Shown here: positions 15,533 to 23,766 of the stretch, in pieces
Layout: each line of letters opens with the position of its first letter
How positions within the stretch are numbered: the stretch's first letter is position 1
Assembly (NCBI GenBank): GCA_001871415.1
Contig: MNWW01000067.1
Coordinates: 62,001 to 85,766 of the forward strand
Direction of reading: 5' to 3'
DNA length: 23,766 bases
Origin: Candidatus Woesearchaeota archaeon CG1_02_57_44
GTDB taxonomy: Archaea > Nanobdellota > Nanobdellia > Woesearchaeales > CG1-02-57-44
Translations under genes and position numbers: made by a program
Notes under the pieces: generated by a model
Told to the model about the DNA's origin: nothing
The model's input: only the letters and a program-made list of their open reading frames with translations
Database searches by the model: none

Positions 15533-15775
15533 TTACCCTCCATTCGGCTGTGGCAATATTGTTAATCCGACGTGTCCTTCACCCTGTGATATCATGTTGC
15601 CTGTAGGCGATCGTTGCAGGGTCAATTGAACGTCTCCCTGCGCGGGTCCTGAGACCATGCGCACTTTCGGCGTCGAGGCGTGCGACGCATCCAGCACGGT
15701 CCAGGTGCCTAGTATGGATACCACAATAGTGAGAAGCAAAAGAACCATCACCGTTGATTTAGGAACATCGTGCAC
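15533..15775 (-). CDS. Small membrane/exported protein paralogous to the N-terminus of the 221-aa protein
   Basis: GTG start after GGAGG (15787-15783). 'VPKSTVMVLLLLTIVVSILGT' matches 'VSNKTLATLLIAAIVVSLTGT'; two G-x-V-x-L-T-(L/I) strands follow. Confidence 0.75.
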   Translation of the reverse strand: MHDVPKSTVMVLLLLTIVVSILGTWTVLDASHASTPKVRMVSGPAQGDVQLTLQRSPTGNMISQGEGHVGLTILPQPNGG

Positions 15776-15820
15776 TCTAGAGCCTCCAATTGATACCAAA
15801 CTCCTTTCTGCGATGCTTCA

Positions 15821-15835
15821 TATTTAAAGTTTTCT
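15821..15835 (-). promoter_or_regulatory. Consensus-like archaeal BRE+TATA promoter
   Basis: AGAAAAC-TTTAAATA on the minus strand, upstream of the 80-aa and 221-aa genes. Confidence 0.7.
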
Positions 15836-17587
15836 ATTTTGCAGTGGTCGCCATATGAATGCCAACAGGGCACTCAGACCAAAAAACAATAGCCATGGTC
15901 GGTATTTCGGGAATCGGTATCGAAATATGATTTGATGGACCTGCTCAGGAATAGTGACTGTGGGGAACGCGGTGTCTTGTTGGACGCGTATGGTCTTCTC
16001 ATCCACGATCGCTCGCCAGCCAGGGTCATTTGCCATGCGCAGGACCAGCGTACAGGTGTCGTTTGTCATATCCTTCGTCACCTGGCATCCTGTCATCGGC
16101 GTGGTCGTCCCATTATATCTATAGAGTATCAGATGCTCTGTGCGAGCGATGGGCTGCAGGAACGATGGCACGGCCACATTATTGCCCGTGATGAGCGCTT
16201 CTACCCAATCGGACTCATAGTCCTGTCTGCTCATGTCATTGAATGTATGGGCCTGGATGAACGCGCTTGACTCTGGCGCATTGGTCCCTGCCAGATAGGG
16301 GACTTTCGCCCGCAACACCAGTTCATTCGCTGTCCAGAGATTGTGAGGGACGTCTTTGAGCGCAAAACGGCCAGGAGTGCCCTGCAAGGTAGCTGCTATG
16401 AGCGCGACCTCATGCGCATAATCTGGTTCCAGATGATATCGTCTGTCTATGGCGCTGGCCATGCGCAAGCGCTGACCTGCCGCGGGCAGCAGGAGCAGAA
16501 GTAATACGATGGCGAGGATGATGCGCGAACTGCGGGTCGGTTCTTTCGCTATCTGCGAGGCCAGCGCCGCGATACCCAGCACGGAAAAGACTTGCACCGC
16601 GCCGATGAAGCGGAAAGGGTGCAGGTCGCTGAGCAAGGGCAGCCGTGTCAGCAAGGGGTCTGCGAGAAACAGGACGAACCATGCTGTCGAGAGCGCGAGC
16701 ACTCTTCTGTCCTGTCGCCACGATGCCACGAGTCCGGCCAGCACGGCCAACCAGAGCAGTGGCCACTTCCCGGGGCTGTGGTAGTTGCCCAGGAGAAGAT
16801 TGATTGCGCCGCTTCCTATGCTGGGCGAGTCTATGAACGGCATGCCTGGATAACGCGTCGGAGGATGATGGATGAGCAGCGGCAGGACGTACCAGGCGGA
16901 GATGGCGAACGCTACGAGCGTCGCGAGTCCCATCGTCTTCATCCTAGCCATGGCATCCTTGATGTATGCCTCATGTGGCCACAGGGCAAGAATCAAACAA
17001 CTGATCAACGCGATGAACGCGTACAAGGGATGACAGAGTATGGTCAGGCCGAGCAGCAAGCCGACTATTCTTGCGTTCCTTTCTGATACGAATGAAGCGA
17101 TGGTCAGGAGCATCAATGGGATGCCGAATGCCTGCGTGTAGAGGCCGAGCAGGGCAAGGGACCCGAATTCAGCTCCTGCGTTGGATGCGCTCTGCAACAG
17201 CGTGAACGCGAGCGATGCGACAGCAGACGGCACCGGGTCGAAGCGGAACGCGCGGGCGAAAGCGTAGTAACATAGGGGCGTCAGCGTCCATAACAGGGCG
17301 ACCAGGACCTTGAGAAGCGTCGCCGCCGGCAGTGTCGTCAGGATACGCAAGGTCGCAAGCAGCAATTCTGGCAGCGGTTGATAGTAGAGCAGCATGGGCT
17401 GGCCCATGTTCCACCAGGGGGAATAGGTGAACGGCGTGTGATTGTCACGCATCGACTGGGCTATCATCTCCGCGTACACGGCGTGCCAGGAATTGTCGCC
17501 CAGCAGGTAGGTGCCATGCAGCGCCAGGATCATGGAGGTCATGCTCAGGAGCATGGCCACGGTCAGGAGCAGGGATGCAGTCCTCAT
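15824..17587 (-). CDS. Polytopic membrane protein, GT-C glycosyltransferase-like (PTPS-related / YfhO-like)
   Basis: Many TM segments. 'GDNSWH' after TM1, 'WNMGQPMLLYYQPL', 'HP', 'PFRF', and a YfhO-like C-terminal 'LVLRMANDPGWRAIVD...IIFRY' plus a final TM. Start 17587 (alternative 17647). Confidence 0.75.
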   Translation of the reverse strand: MRTASLLLTVAMLLSMTSMILALHGTYLLGDNSWHAVYAEMIAQSMRDNHTPFTYSPWWNMGQPMLLYYQPLPELLLATLRILTTLPAATLLKVLVALLWTLTPLCYYAFARAFRFDPVPSAVASLAFTLLQSASNAGAEFGSLALLGLYTQAFGIPLMLLTIASFVSERNARIVGLLLGLTILCHPLYAFIALISCLILALWPHEAYIKDAMARMKTMGLATLVAFAISAWYVLPLLIHHPPTRYPGMPFIDSPSIGSGAINLLLGNYHSPGKWPLLWLAVLAGLVASWRQDRRVLALSTAWFVLFLADPLLTRLPLLSDLHPFRFIGAVQVFSVLGIAALASQIAKEPTRSSRIILAIVLLLLLLPAAGQRLRMASAIDRRYHLEPDYAHEVALIAATLQGTPGRFALKDVPHNLWTANELVLRAKVPYLAGTNAPESSAFIQAHTFNDMSRQDYESDWVEALITGNNVAVPSFLQPIARTEHLILYRYNGTTTPMTGCQVTKDMTNDTCTLVLRMANDPGWRAIVDEKTIRVQQDTAFPTVTIPEQVHQIIFRYRFPKYRPWLLFFGLSALLAFIWRPLQNRKL

Positions 17588-17612
17588 CTCCCTTCGGCTG
17601 TTTGCTCTCACG

Positions 17613-18662
17613 CTAGGTCTTCCTCCATTGATGAAGTGACGCCTCATGGCGCTTGAGCGAGATGACGATGATCACAGACAATGCCAGGAGGCATCCCAGC
17701 AGACCTGTCGCAGGCAGCAGTTGCCTGCGGTCAGGAGCGGCGAGCGTCCCGGGTATTCCTGGCGGCCCATCAGCAGTCCCCGCATGCACGCCGACGCGCT
17801 CCTCCGGGGGCTGTCCGGCAAAACGCTGTTCGGGTGCAAAGGAAACCACAATATCTCCAAGGTAGCCGCCCTGACGTGAGTCAATGGTGGCGTAGATGAC
17901 CTTTTGCGCATCGGTCGTTGTGAATGAGACAAGACCCGTATCCAGGGCGATGCGGGAAGCATCTGGTCCCTCGGGCCTGACGCTCAGGCGGAATTCCTGG
18001 TGGCGCGGATTGCTGATGATGATGGGCACAGTCTCTGACGACGCGTCACCGGCGGTGTTCACCGTCACATTGACGGGCTCCACCGTGAACTCCAGGAGTG
18101 TGGCGCTGGAGACGCGGAGGCGCTCAAGCAGCACGGGCCTGTCGCTTTGCGCAGTAATGCGGTATTCGCCAGCAGGCAGGTTGGCGACGCAGGTCTCGAT
18201 GCACCCCGCGCGCAGCGCGTCCAGCTCCCCGTGATAGATGAGATATGACCTCGTGTCCGGGTCCTGACCATCGGCGCCTGCAGTATCCCCTGCGCTGCGT
18301 ATCGCACGAATGCTGACGCTGAGATTGGCCGGGCCCACAGCGTCAAGCGTGATCATGCGCGCGTGGGTGAGGTTCAGCGATAGCTCGGCCGCACCATCAA
18401 CCTGCACGCCTAGGGGTACGATGTCGCTTCGCAGCACGCTCAATACGGCATTGCCGCTCCACTGCGCACCAAGCCATGCGACGCCTGCCAGCAGGATGAG
18501 TGATATGAGCAGGAGGGCAACGCTCCTGCCACCGGAGGGCTGCTTCTGGTGCGCCCGCTGGCGGCCCTGCTCTTCGGCGACCGCCGCGAGCAGATGATCC
18601 ACGCGCGGGTCCTGCGGGCTGGCGTAGAGCAGCTCGCGACGCAGCTGATCAAGGCGGTTCAT
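17613..18662 (-). CDS. Membrane protein with N- and C-terminal TM helices and extracellular beta domains
   Basis: 349 aa. TM 'VALLLISLILLAGVAWLGA' followed by 'SGNAV', 'CIETC', an Ig-like segment and a C-terminal TM. ATGA overlap with the upstream HTH gene. Confidence 0.75.
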   Translation of the reverse strand: MNRLDQLRRELLYASPQDPRVDHLLAAVAEEQGRQRAHQKQPSGGRSVALLLISLILLAGVAWLGAQWSGNAVLSVLRSDIVPLGVQVDGAAELSLNLTHARMITLDAVGPANLSVSIRAIRSAGDTAGADGQDPDTRSYLIYHGELDALRAGCIETCVANLPAGEYRITAQSDRPVLLERLRVSSATLLEFTVEPVNVTVNTAGDASSETVPIIISNPRHQEFRLSVRPEGPDASRIALDTGLVSFTTTDAQKVIYATIDSRQGGYLGDIVVSFAPEQRFAGQPPEERVGVHAGTADGPPGIPGTLAAPDRRQLLPATGLLGCLLALSVIIVISLKRHEASLHQWRKT

Positions 18663-19129
18663 TTGCGCCGCCCCCTCTGGACAGAACTCCAGATGACGCG
18701 CGCGTCACGGCCGAGGATCCTGGCGATGTCGGCATAGCGAAGGCCGGTGTCATGCAGATGGATGGCGAGCGCTTCCAGTGCGCCGCGATCATCGGAGAAT
18801 ATGGCAAGCGGGATGCAGGGAGATTCCCTGGACGTGATGGGCCCTTCATGCTTGCTTTTCGCATTGCGATAGGACAGCCAGACTGACTTCGCAGAGCGCT
18901 TGGTGAGGCGCGCGATGTCAGCGAACCGCATGCCGCGCTGCTCGTGGAGGAACTTGACGACGGCCTCGATGACGCCGAGATCAGATGGGAAGATGTCCTT
19001 GGGGATCAGGTGCTGCGGCTCAGCATCCAGATCCTGTATCGCCCGGAGCAGTTCTTCTTTACTTACCCCTGCCTCGCGGAGCTGACGTAAGAGGTCCAGT
19101 GCCTTCTCTTTCCTTGGTCTGGCAGGCAT
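18659..19129 (-). CDS. Tandem HTH (sigma region-4-like) regulator
   Basis: Two repeats of IP..IF...(L/R)G.(I/L)EA....L...G.R(F/Y)ADIAR...R....(V/I)W. Paralog of 20887..21078. Confidence 0.85.
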   Translation of the reverse strand: MPARPRKEKALDLLRQLREAGVSKEELLRAIQDLDAEPQHLIPKDIFPSDLGVIEAVVKFLHEQRGMRFADIARLTKRSAKSVWLSYRNAKSKHEGPITSRESPCIPLAIFSDDRGALEALAIHLHDTGLRYADIARILGRDARVIWSSVQRGRRK

Positions 19130-19161
19130 ATTACATACTCAATTAGGCGAAAAATTGAAAT

Positions 19162-19263
19162 ATGGGTAAGTAAATATGGTAATCGGCAATTCCACTGGCC
19201 GTCATGTTTCATATTTGGTTACCCATTCTTTTTAAATATTTGTATAATTAGGTAATTAAATAT
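19162..19263. promoter_or_regulatory. AT-rich control region with repeated GGTAAnnAAATAT motif
   Basis: Copies at 19165-19177 (+), 19211-19223 (-) and 19251-19263 (+). The first two extend to a 15/17 inverted repeat (19162-19178 / 19210-19226). Confidence 0.65.
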
Positions 19264-19345
19264 TAATCAGCAATCCGCTGCTCAGCGCTGACCGCGGCCT
19301 TCAGGCCGCAGTATGACGCGCCTCACTGCTGAACGCGGATTCGCG

Positions 19346-19369
19346 AGAAATCGCCTGCAGGCGATTTCT
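19346..19369. repeat. Perfect 24-bp palindrome
   Basis: AGAAATCGCCTGCAGGCGATTTCT is its own reverse complement. Confidence 0.9.
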
Positions 19370-19609
19370 GTGCGCAAACATCCAATGGACGTTTTGCGTC
19401 TGGTCCTTGCGATGGTGCGCCCTCAAGGGCAAGGTATGGATCCATCGCAAGAAATCAGAGTGTGCAGTGCTTGTGCTGCATGTGCGGTTCACAACCGCAG
19501 GGGCGCATCATGATCTGATACGCATCCAGTGAAGCATGTGACGCTTGAGAATGGAATCTCCGGCAGGGCAGCACTTGAAGGACAGGACCAGTGCGACAAT
19601 TCTGCACGC

Positions 19610-20890
19610 TCACTTCTTCTTCCTGAACCAGAAGAGCCACATGACGTTGACCAGCACCAGGATGATGACCGCAGCGAACATCAGCGTGTCCCGGTTGAGC
19701 GGACTTGCCTCTCCGGCCACGGCATTGGCTGTTATATCCTGGCTGATAGGAGTTATACTGTCGATGTTGACCGCCAGCTCCAATGGCTGCTCGGTGGTCT
19801 TGTCCGCGTAATGCAGCACGATGACCGCATCGTAGTTGCCCACAGGGATGCCATTGGTGTCCCAGAAGGCAGTCAAGGTGGCTTGCCCCAACGCAGGCAC
19901 ATTCACGCTCGCGCTCCTGGTGGTGATGACCTCATGACCCTGCTTGTCGCGGATGACCAGGTCTGCGTAGAGGCCTTCTATATCATCAGACCATTCGTTC
20001 TTGACGGTTATGAGCATCTTGGCTATCTCGCCTATGCGGAACTTTCCAACATCGAAGCTCGCCACATTTATCTTGAGCGTGCCGACATTGAAGTCACGCT
20101 CCACGCGGCTCATCTCATTGTCATAACGCACCATCGCGATCGCGTGATACGGGCCGGGATTGACTTTCGCGTCCCAGACAGAGGTCACTTTGCCCTGGCC
20201 TGCCAACGGCAAAGCGATGCTATCGGTGTTCAGGCGGGCCAGCTCCTGGTTGGTGCTGGAGAGCACGCGTATCTCGGCAGCGACGCTCTCCACCGGCTCC
20301 TTGCCATGGTTGCTCAATGACACGGTAAAGACGACCTTGCCATTGGCTTCCTGCACGAACATGACCGGCTCGACGTACTTGCCTGGATACGGCACATTGA
20401 CCACGACCTTGCTGATGACCGCAGCAGTGGCTGAAACCGTAGTCTGGTCGTCCTCTCCATAGTTCCTGGGCAGTTGCAATGCCACAATCTCTCCTTCATG
20501 CTGGCCCGGAGTCGAGAGCTCTGGCAGGCGCACTTTTACCCTCACGGTTTTTTCTGCCTCTCCTGGCGCAAAATCCACCACTGGCTCGAGCACGGTTATC
20601 GCTTTCTCCAGTTCTCCCTGCGCGTAGATGATGATGCGCGTCGGCTCTGCCTCGCGATTGACCAGGCGCACAACCAGGTCCTGCTCTCCACCTTGCGTAT
20701 AATCAATATTGAACTTAGCCGGACTGATGCCGATGGCGAGCGCAGGGGAAAGCAGCAGGAGCGCCATCAGCATCACCAATGGCAGCAGCCGCTTGACCAA
20801 GGCATCCGCCCGCCCCGTCCTGCCCATCGCGACAGCCGCACACTGCTCACGCTGGCGCGATATCCTGCACCGCGTCAGCATCGCTGTCAT
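19610..20890 (-). CDS. Membrane-anchored multi-Ig-domain surface protein
   Basis: Signal peptide ending ALA-IGISP; 'PGQHEGEI', 'VPYPGKY', 'SNHGKE'; C-terminal TM followed by RKKK. The true start may be 20827. Confidence 0.85.
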   Translation of the reverse strand: MTAMLTRCRISRQREQCAAVAMGRTGRADALVKRLLPLVMLMALLLLSPALAIGISPAKFNIDYTQGGEQDLVVRLVNREAEPTRIIIYAQGELEKAITVLEPVVDFAPGEAEKTVRVKVRLPELSTPGQHEGEIVALQLPRNYGEDDQTTVSATAAVISKVVVNVPYPGKYVEPVMFVQEANGKVVFTVSLSNHGKEPVESVAAEIRVLSSTNQELARLNTDSIALPLAGQGKVTSVWDAKVNPGPYHAIAMVRYDNEMSRVERDFNVGTLKINVASFDVGKFRIGEIAKMLITVKNEWSDDIEGLYADLVIRDKQGHEVITTRSASVNVPALGQATLTAFWDTNGIPVGNYDAVIVLHYADKTTEQPLELAVNIDSITPISQDITANAVAGEASPLNRDTLMFAAVIILVLVNVMWLFWFRKKK

Positions 20891-21078
20891 TGCTGCACCC
20901 TCTTCTTCTGCGCCCGATTGTAGCAGGTCCAGATGGTCCTGTCATCGCGGTTGAGCAACGCTGCTATCTCGTGATACGTCATACCCCGCTCGACCTTGAG
21001 GTAGACCACCATCGCCTCGAGCACCGAGAGGTCCCTCTGGCGGAAGATGCCGCTTGGGATCAGGACAGTTCCTTCCAT
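20887..21078 (-). CDS. Small HTH (sigma region-4-like) protein
   Basis: 63 aa 'IPSGIFRQRDLSVLEAMVVYLKVERGMTYHEIAALLNRDDRTIWTCYNRAQKK'. TGATG overlap with the giant gene. Confidence 0.85.
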   Translation of the reverse strand: MEGTVLIPSGIFRQRDLSVLEAMVVYLKVERGMTYHEIAALLNRDDRTIWTCYNRAQKKRVQQ

Positions 21079-23766
21079 CAGGTTTGCCTCGCCGCTATCA
21101 CGATGGTGCTCTGCCGTACTGCCGGGGGCTCCTCCCACGGCACCGTCACCTGCATCTCGATCTGTGCGCGGTTGTTGCCGTCGCTCCAGTTGAGCGCCTT
21201 GATGACCAGCACTTCCTGGTCAGACATATTGGTGAAGAGCATGGCGGATCCTGACACATTGTAGCTCACCACGTCAGAGACATTGCCGGACATAAAACGG
21301 AAGTAGGATGTGTTGAGCGGCTGCGTCGCCCACAGATCAGAGGTCGCTCTGACCTTGACGTCGCTTATGACATTGCCTGTGTTCTGCACCGTGAACGGGG
21401 CCGGACTGTCGGCTGTCGTGTTCTTCTCCTTGCCCACTGCCAAGAGACCAAAGTTCACGCCCGTTATGGTAAGATTTACTTCAAGCAGAGAGGCGACGGA
21501 GAAGTTCCAGAGTGGTGTGACCGTGGTGTTGGTGCCATCGTATGCTTCCACGGTCCAATTGTACCAGGTGTCCACTTCCAGCCGGTCTGCTATGGAGCTG
21601 TTGGTGACATTGACGATGTCCTCCAGGACCACATTCGGATAGGTCTGGTGCGTGATGTTGAGCGTGAAATTGATGCTCTCATTGTCCGGGTCATAGGCGC
21701 TCCAGTTGAAGTTTGGCTGGCGCGAGGTCAGGGTGTTGTTTTCGTTCTGCGGCCAGAGCAATGCGACGACCGGCGGGCTGTTCTGGATGGTCGCGTTGGC
21801 GGACATGTTGGCGGCGATCACACTGCCGTCGCTCAGGGTGAGGTTGCAGGACCAGATCTGTCCTTTGGTCGTGACATTGGCGGGAATCGAGCCATTGCCG
21901 TTGTTGTAGAGCGCTCCAAGCACGATGCCGCTGTAGCTGAAGTCATAGTCGGTCACGCGCGCGCTGTTGTTGAACCACGTGATGTTGACCGCTACTGGAT
22001 CACTGTCCGCGTCGGAGATGTTGAATGAGCAATTGAGCTGGTCTATCCTGGTCGGAGCTGCAGGAAGGATAGCCAGCGACTGCGCCACCGGCGCGCTGTT
22101 GCTCGTGACCGTGATATTGTAGGCGCTCGAGTTGCGCAACTGGCCCAGCTCATCGAAGCAGCCCACACTCCAGTTGTACTGCTGATCCGCCAGCCAGGTG
22201 GTGAACGTCTGGTTCACGTCTTTGGCGATGGTCGCGTTGGTCTGGTTGAGGATGCCGTTGACAAAGAGCGAGCAGTTGGTGACCGTGCTGTTGTCGGATA
22301 CATTATAGACGAACTCCACGGTGCTGTTCGTCCTCTGGGTGTTGTTGGCAGGAGAGACCAGATGGATGATTGGCGCGGTCGCGTCCACAGTGAAATTAGC
22401 AGCGACGGACATGTTCTGGTCGTTCTTGTCCAACAGGATGGTCGTGCTCAGCTGTTGCAATGCCAGGAACACGCGATACAGGCCATCGCCGGGAAGGTCG
22501 CTCGCGTTGTACTGTGGCCAAAGCCATGCGAGACTGAGATTGCTCGAGGTGTTAAGCTGGATGTGTGGCAGGGGACTGACAAGCGTGTCCTGCGGCAGCC
22601 ATAGCGAGCCGGTCCACTGCTCCGTGCGCAACAGCAGGTAGAATGACGTATTCGTCAGGTTCGTCGAGAGGAACGACGCGTTCTGCACCGTGAGATTCGA
22701 GAGATTGATTGCCTGCGTGCCATTATACAGCCCGAGGTCGGTCGCCAGGCCGATGGTGACCTTCGCGCTGAGATTGAATGAGCCCGTCTCTGTGTCATTG
22801 AGATTATTGCTGCTATCATTCGCGTAGATGGTGAACGGATACGTTCCGTTGTACCAGAAGCTGACGTTAGCGAACCATACATCCGACACATTGTACATGC
22901 TGAAATTTGCTTCCGCGTCGTCGGTCTGCATGACGCCGACCCATGCGCGGTCCACTGCTGTATCATCGGTCACGGTCGCCTGGATGGTCACGTTGACATC
23001 ATACCCCTGCAGGACGGGGGATACACTGACTGCCGTGACGCTGGGTGGTCCTGCGTCCTGATAGAAGCTGATGTTGCGCGCTGTGCCATTCTGGAAGTTT
23101 CCGACGATATCATAGCAGCCGACCGTCCAGTTGTGCTGCCCTGCTGCCGGCGCATACGTGAAGGTCTGCGCGACGCCCTCGCTGACGCTGCTATTGGTGC
23201 CCTGGATGCTGCCGTCTATCCAGAGCGAGCAGTTGGTGATGGCGCCCGTATCCGTGACATTATACTGGAAGGTCACCGGCGTGCTGTTCACCTGCGTGTC
23301 GTCGTAGGGAGATTCAAGGCTGACGGTCGGGGCGGTGGTGTCCAGCTCAATGGTCCGCGTCAGGGTATCATTGTTGTTACCAAGCGTGTCATTCGCGCTG
23401 GCATTGATGTAGTAGGTTCCATCCGGCAGGCCAGTCCAGTTGATGAGGAACGGGCTGCTGTCGCTGTTGGACTCATTCACCAGACCGGTCGTATTATAGA
23501 TCCTGATAGTGATGTTCGCGAGGTTGTCATCAGTAGCGCTGACATTGATATCGATATAGCTTCTGCTGTAGTTACCCGTGGATGGCGTGGCGTTATGGAA
23601 GAGGATGGCTGGTTTTGTCGTGTCAGGTTGAACGATTTGCACCGTGCTGGTCCCCGTGGTGTTGGACAGGCCGTTCCTGTCGATGGTGGATGCCGAGAAG
23701 TTGTACGTTCCGTAGGCGAGTCCGGTGATATTGGCCCGGAGGAAGGCCTGATCAGAGCTATTGGCA
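21078..23766 (-). CDS. Giant Ig-repeat surface glycoprotein (5' end outside window) with a C-terminal subunit-like domain
   Basis: The frame stays open to the window end (ANSSDQAFLRANITGLAYGTYNF...). Repeated D(T/A)T.P...L.SP...F.YNV.D....NCSL...NW.VGC.D..G domains. Well over 40 N-x-S/T sequons by manual count. Confidence 0.9.
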   Translation of the reverse strand, partial: ANSSDQAFLRANITGLAYGTYNFSASTIDRNGLSNTTGTSTVQIVQPDTTKPAILFHNATPSTGNYSRSYIDINVSATDDNLANITIRIYNTTGLVNESNSDSSPFLINWTGLPDGTYYINASANDTLGNNNDTLTRTIELDTTAPTVSLESPYDDTQVNSTPVTFQYNVTDTGAITNCSLWIDGSIQGTNSSVSEGVAQTFTYAPAAGQHNWTVGCYDIVGNFQNGTARNISFYQDAGPPSVTAVSVSPVLQGYDVNVTIQATVTDDTAVDRAWVGVMQTDDAEANFSMYNVSDVWFANVSFWYNGTYPFTIYANDSSNNLNDTETGSFNLSAKVTIGLATDLGLYNGTQAINLSNLTVQNASFLSTNLTNTSFYLLLRTEQWTGSLWLPQDTLVSPLPHIQLNTSSNLSLAWLWPQYNASDLPGDGLYRVFLALQQLSTTILLDKNDQNMSVAANFTVDATAPIIHLVSPANNTQRTNSTVEFVYNVSDNSTVTNCSLFVNGILNQTNATIAKDVNQTFTTWLADQQYNWSVGCFDELGQLRNSSAYNITVTSNSAPVAQSLAILPAAPTRIDQLNCSFNISDADSDPVAVNITWFNNSARVTDYDFSYSGIVLGALYNNGNGSIPANVTTKGQIWSCNLTLSDGSVIAANMSANATIQNSPPVVALLWPQNENNTLTSRQPNFNWSAYDPDNESINFTLNITHQTYPNVVLEDIVNVTNSSIADRLEVDTWYNWTVEAYDGTNTTVTPLWNFSVASLLEVNLTITGVNFGLLAVGKEKNTTADSPAPFTVQNTGNVISDVKVRATSDLWATQPLNTSYFRFMSGNVSDVVSYNVSGSAMLFTNMSDQEVLVIKALNWSDGNNRAQIEMQVTVPWEEPPAVRQSTIVIAARQT

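Noticed and set aside
14864..15775. Type IV pilin / archaellin call
   Set aside because: There is no class III signal peptide (K/R-G followed by a hydrophobic mature N-terminus).

Overview
Archaeal DNA, most likely a DPANN (Woesearchaeota-like) genome. The archaeal call rests on an intron-containing tRNA-Pro, an A1-U72 tRNA-Gln, no encoded CCA, TATA-box promoters about 25-30 nt before start codons, and PolB2; the DPANN assignment is inferred from the style of the surface and HTH proteins. There are four blocks. (1) 0.6-3.4 kb: a mutarotase-like gene divergent from a protein made of two bacterial-type sigma-70 modules (FliA-like plus degenerate ECF-like). (2) 3.7-7.5 kb: a putative damage-tolerance/mutagenesis cassette (SRAP, truncated RecA/RadA-fold protein, arCOG07300-like protein, PolB2). 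(3) 7.6-12.9 kb: a toxin-antitoxin island (HTH-MNT/HEPN, an unrecognised RHH-led gene pair, an AbiE-like HTH + nucleotidyltransferase pair, an IS remnant) next to tRNA-Gln(UUG) and tRNA-Pro(GGG), both flanked by partial tRNA duplications and structured non-coding segments. (4) 12.9-23.8 kb: a co-oriented surface-protein cluster. A 221-aa subunit is homologous to the C-terminal domain of a giant sequon-rich protein, and the cluster also holds an 80-aa paralog made of the shared leader plus two beta-strand motifs, two membrane-anchored Ig-fold paralogs, a GT-C-like membrane protein and HTH regulators with a repeated operator-like motif. This suggests a donor-strand-type glycosylated filament/adhesin system. 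All family assignments come from motif recognition by eye; no database searches were run.
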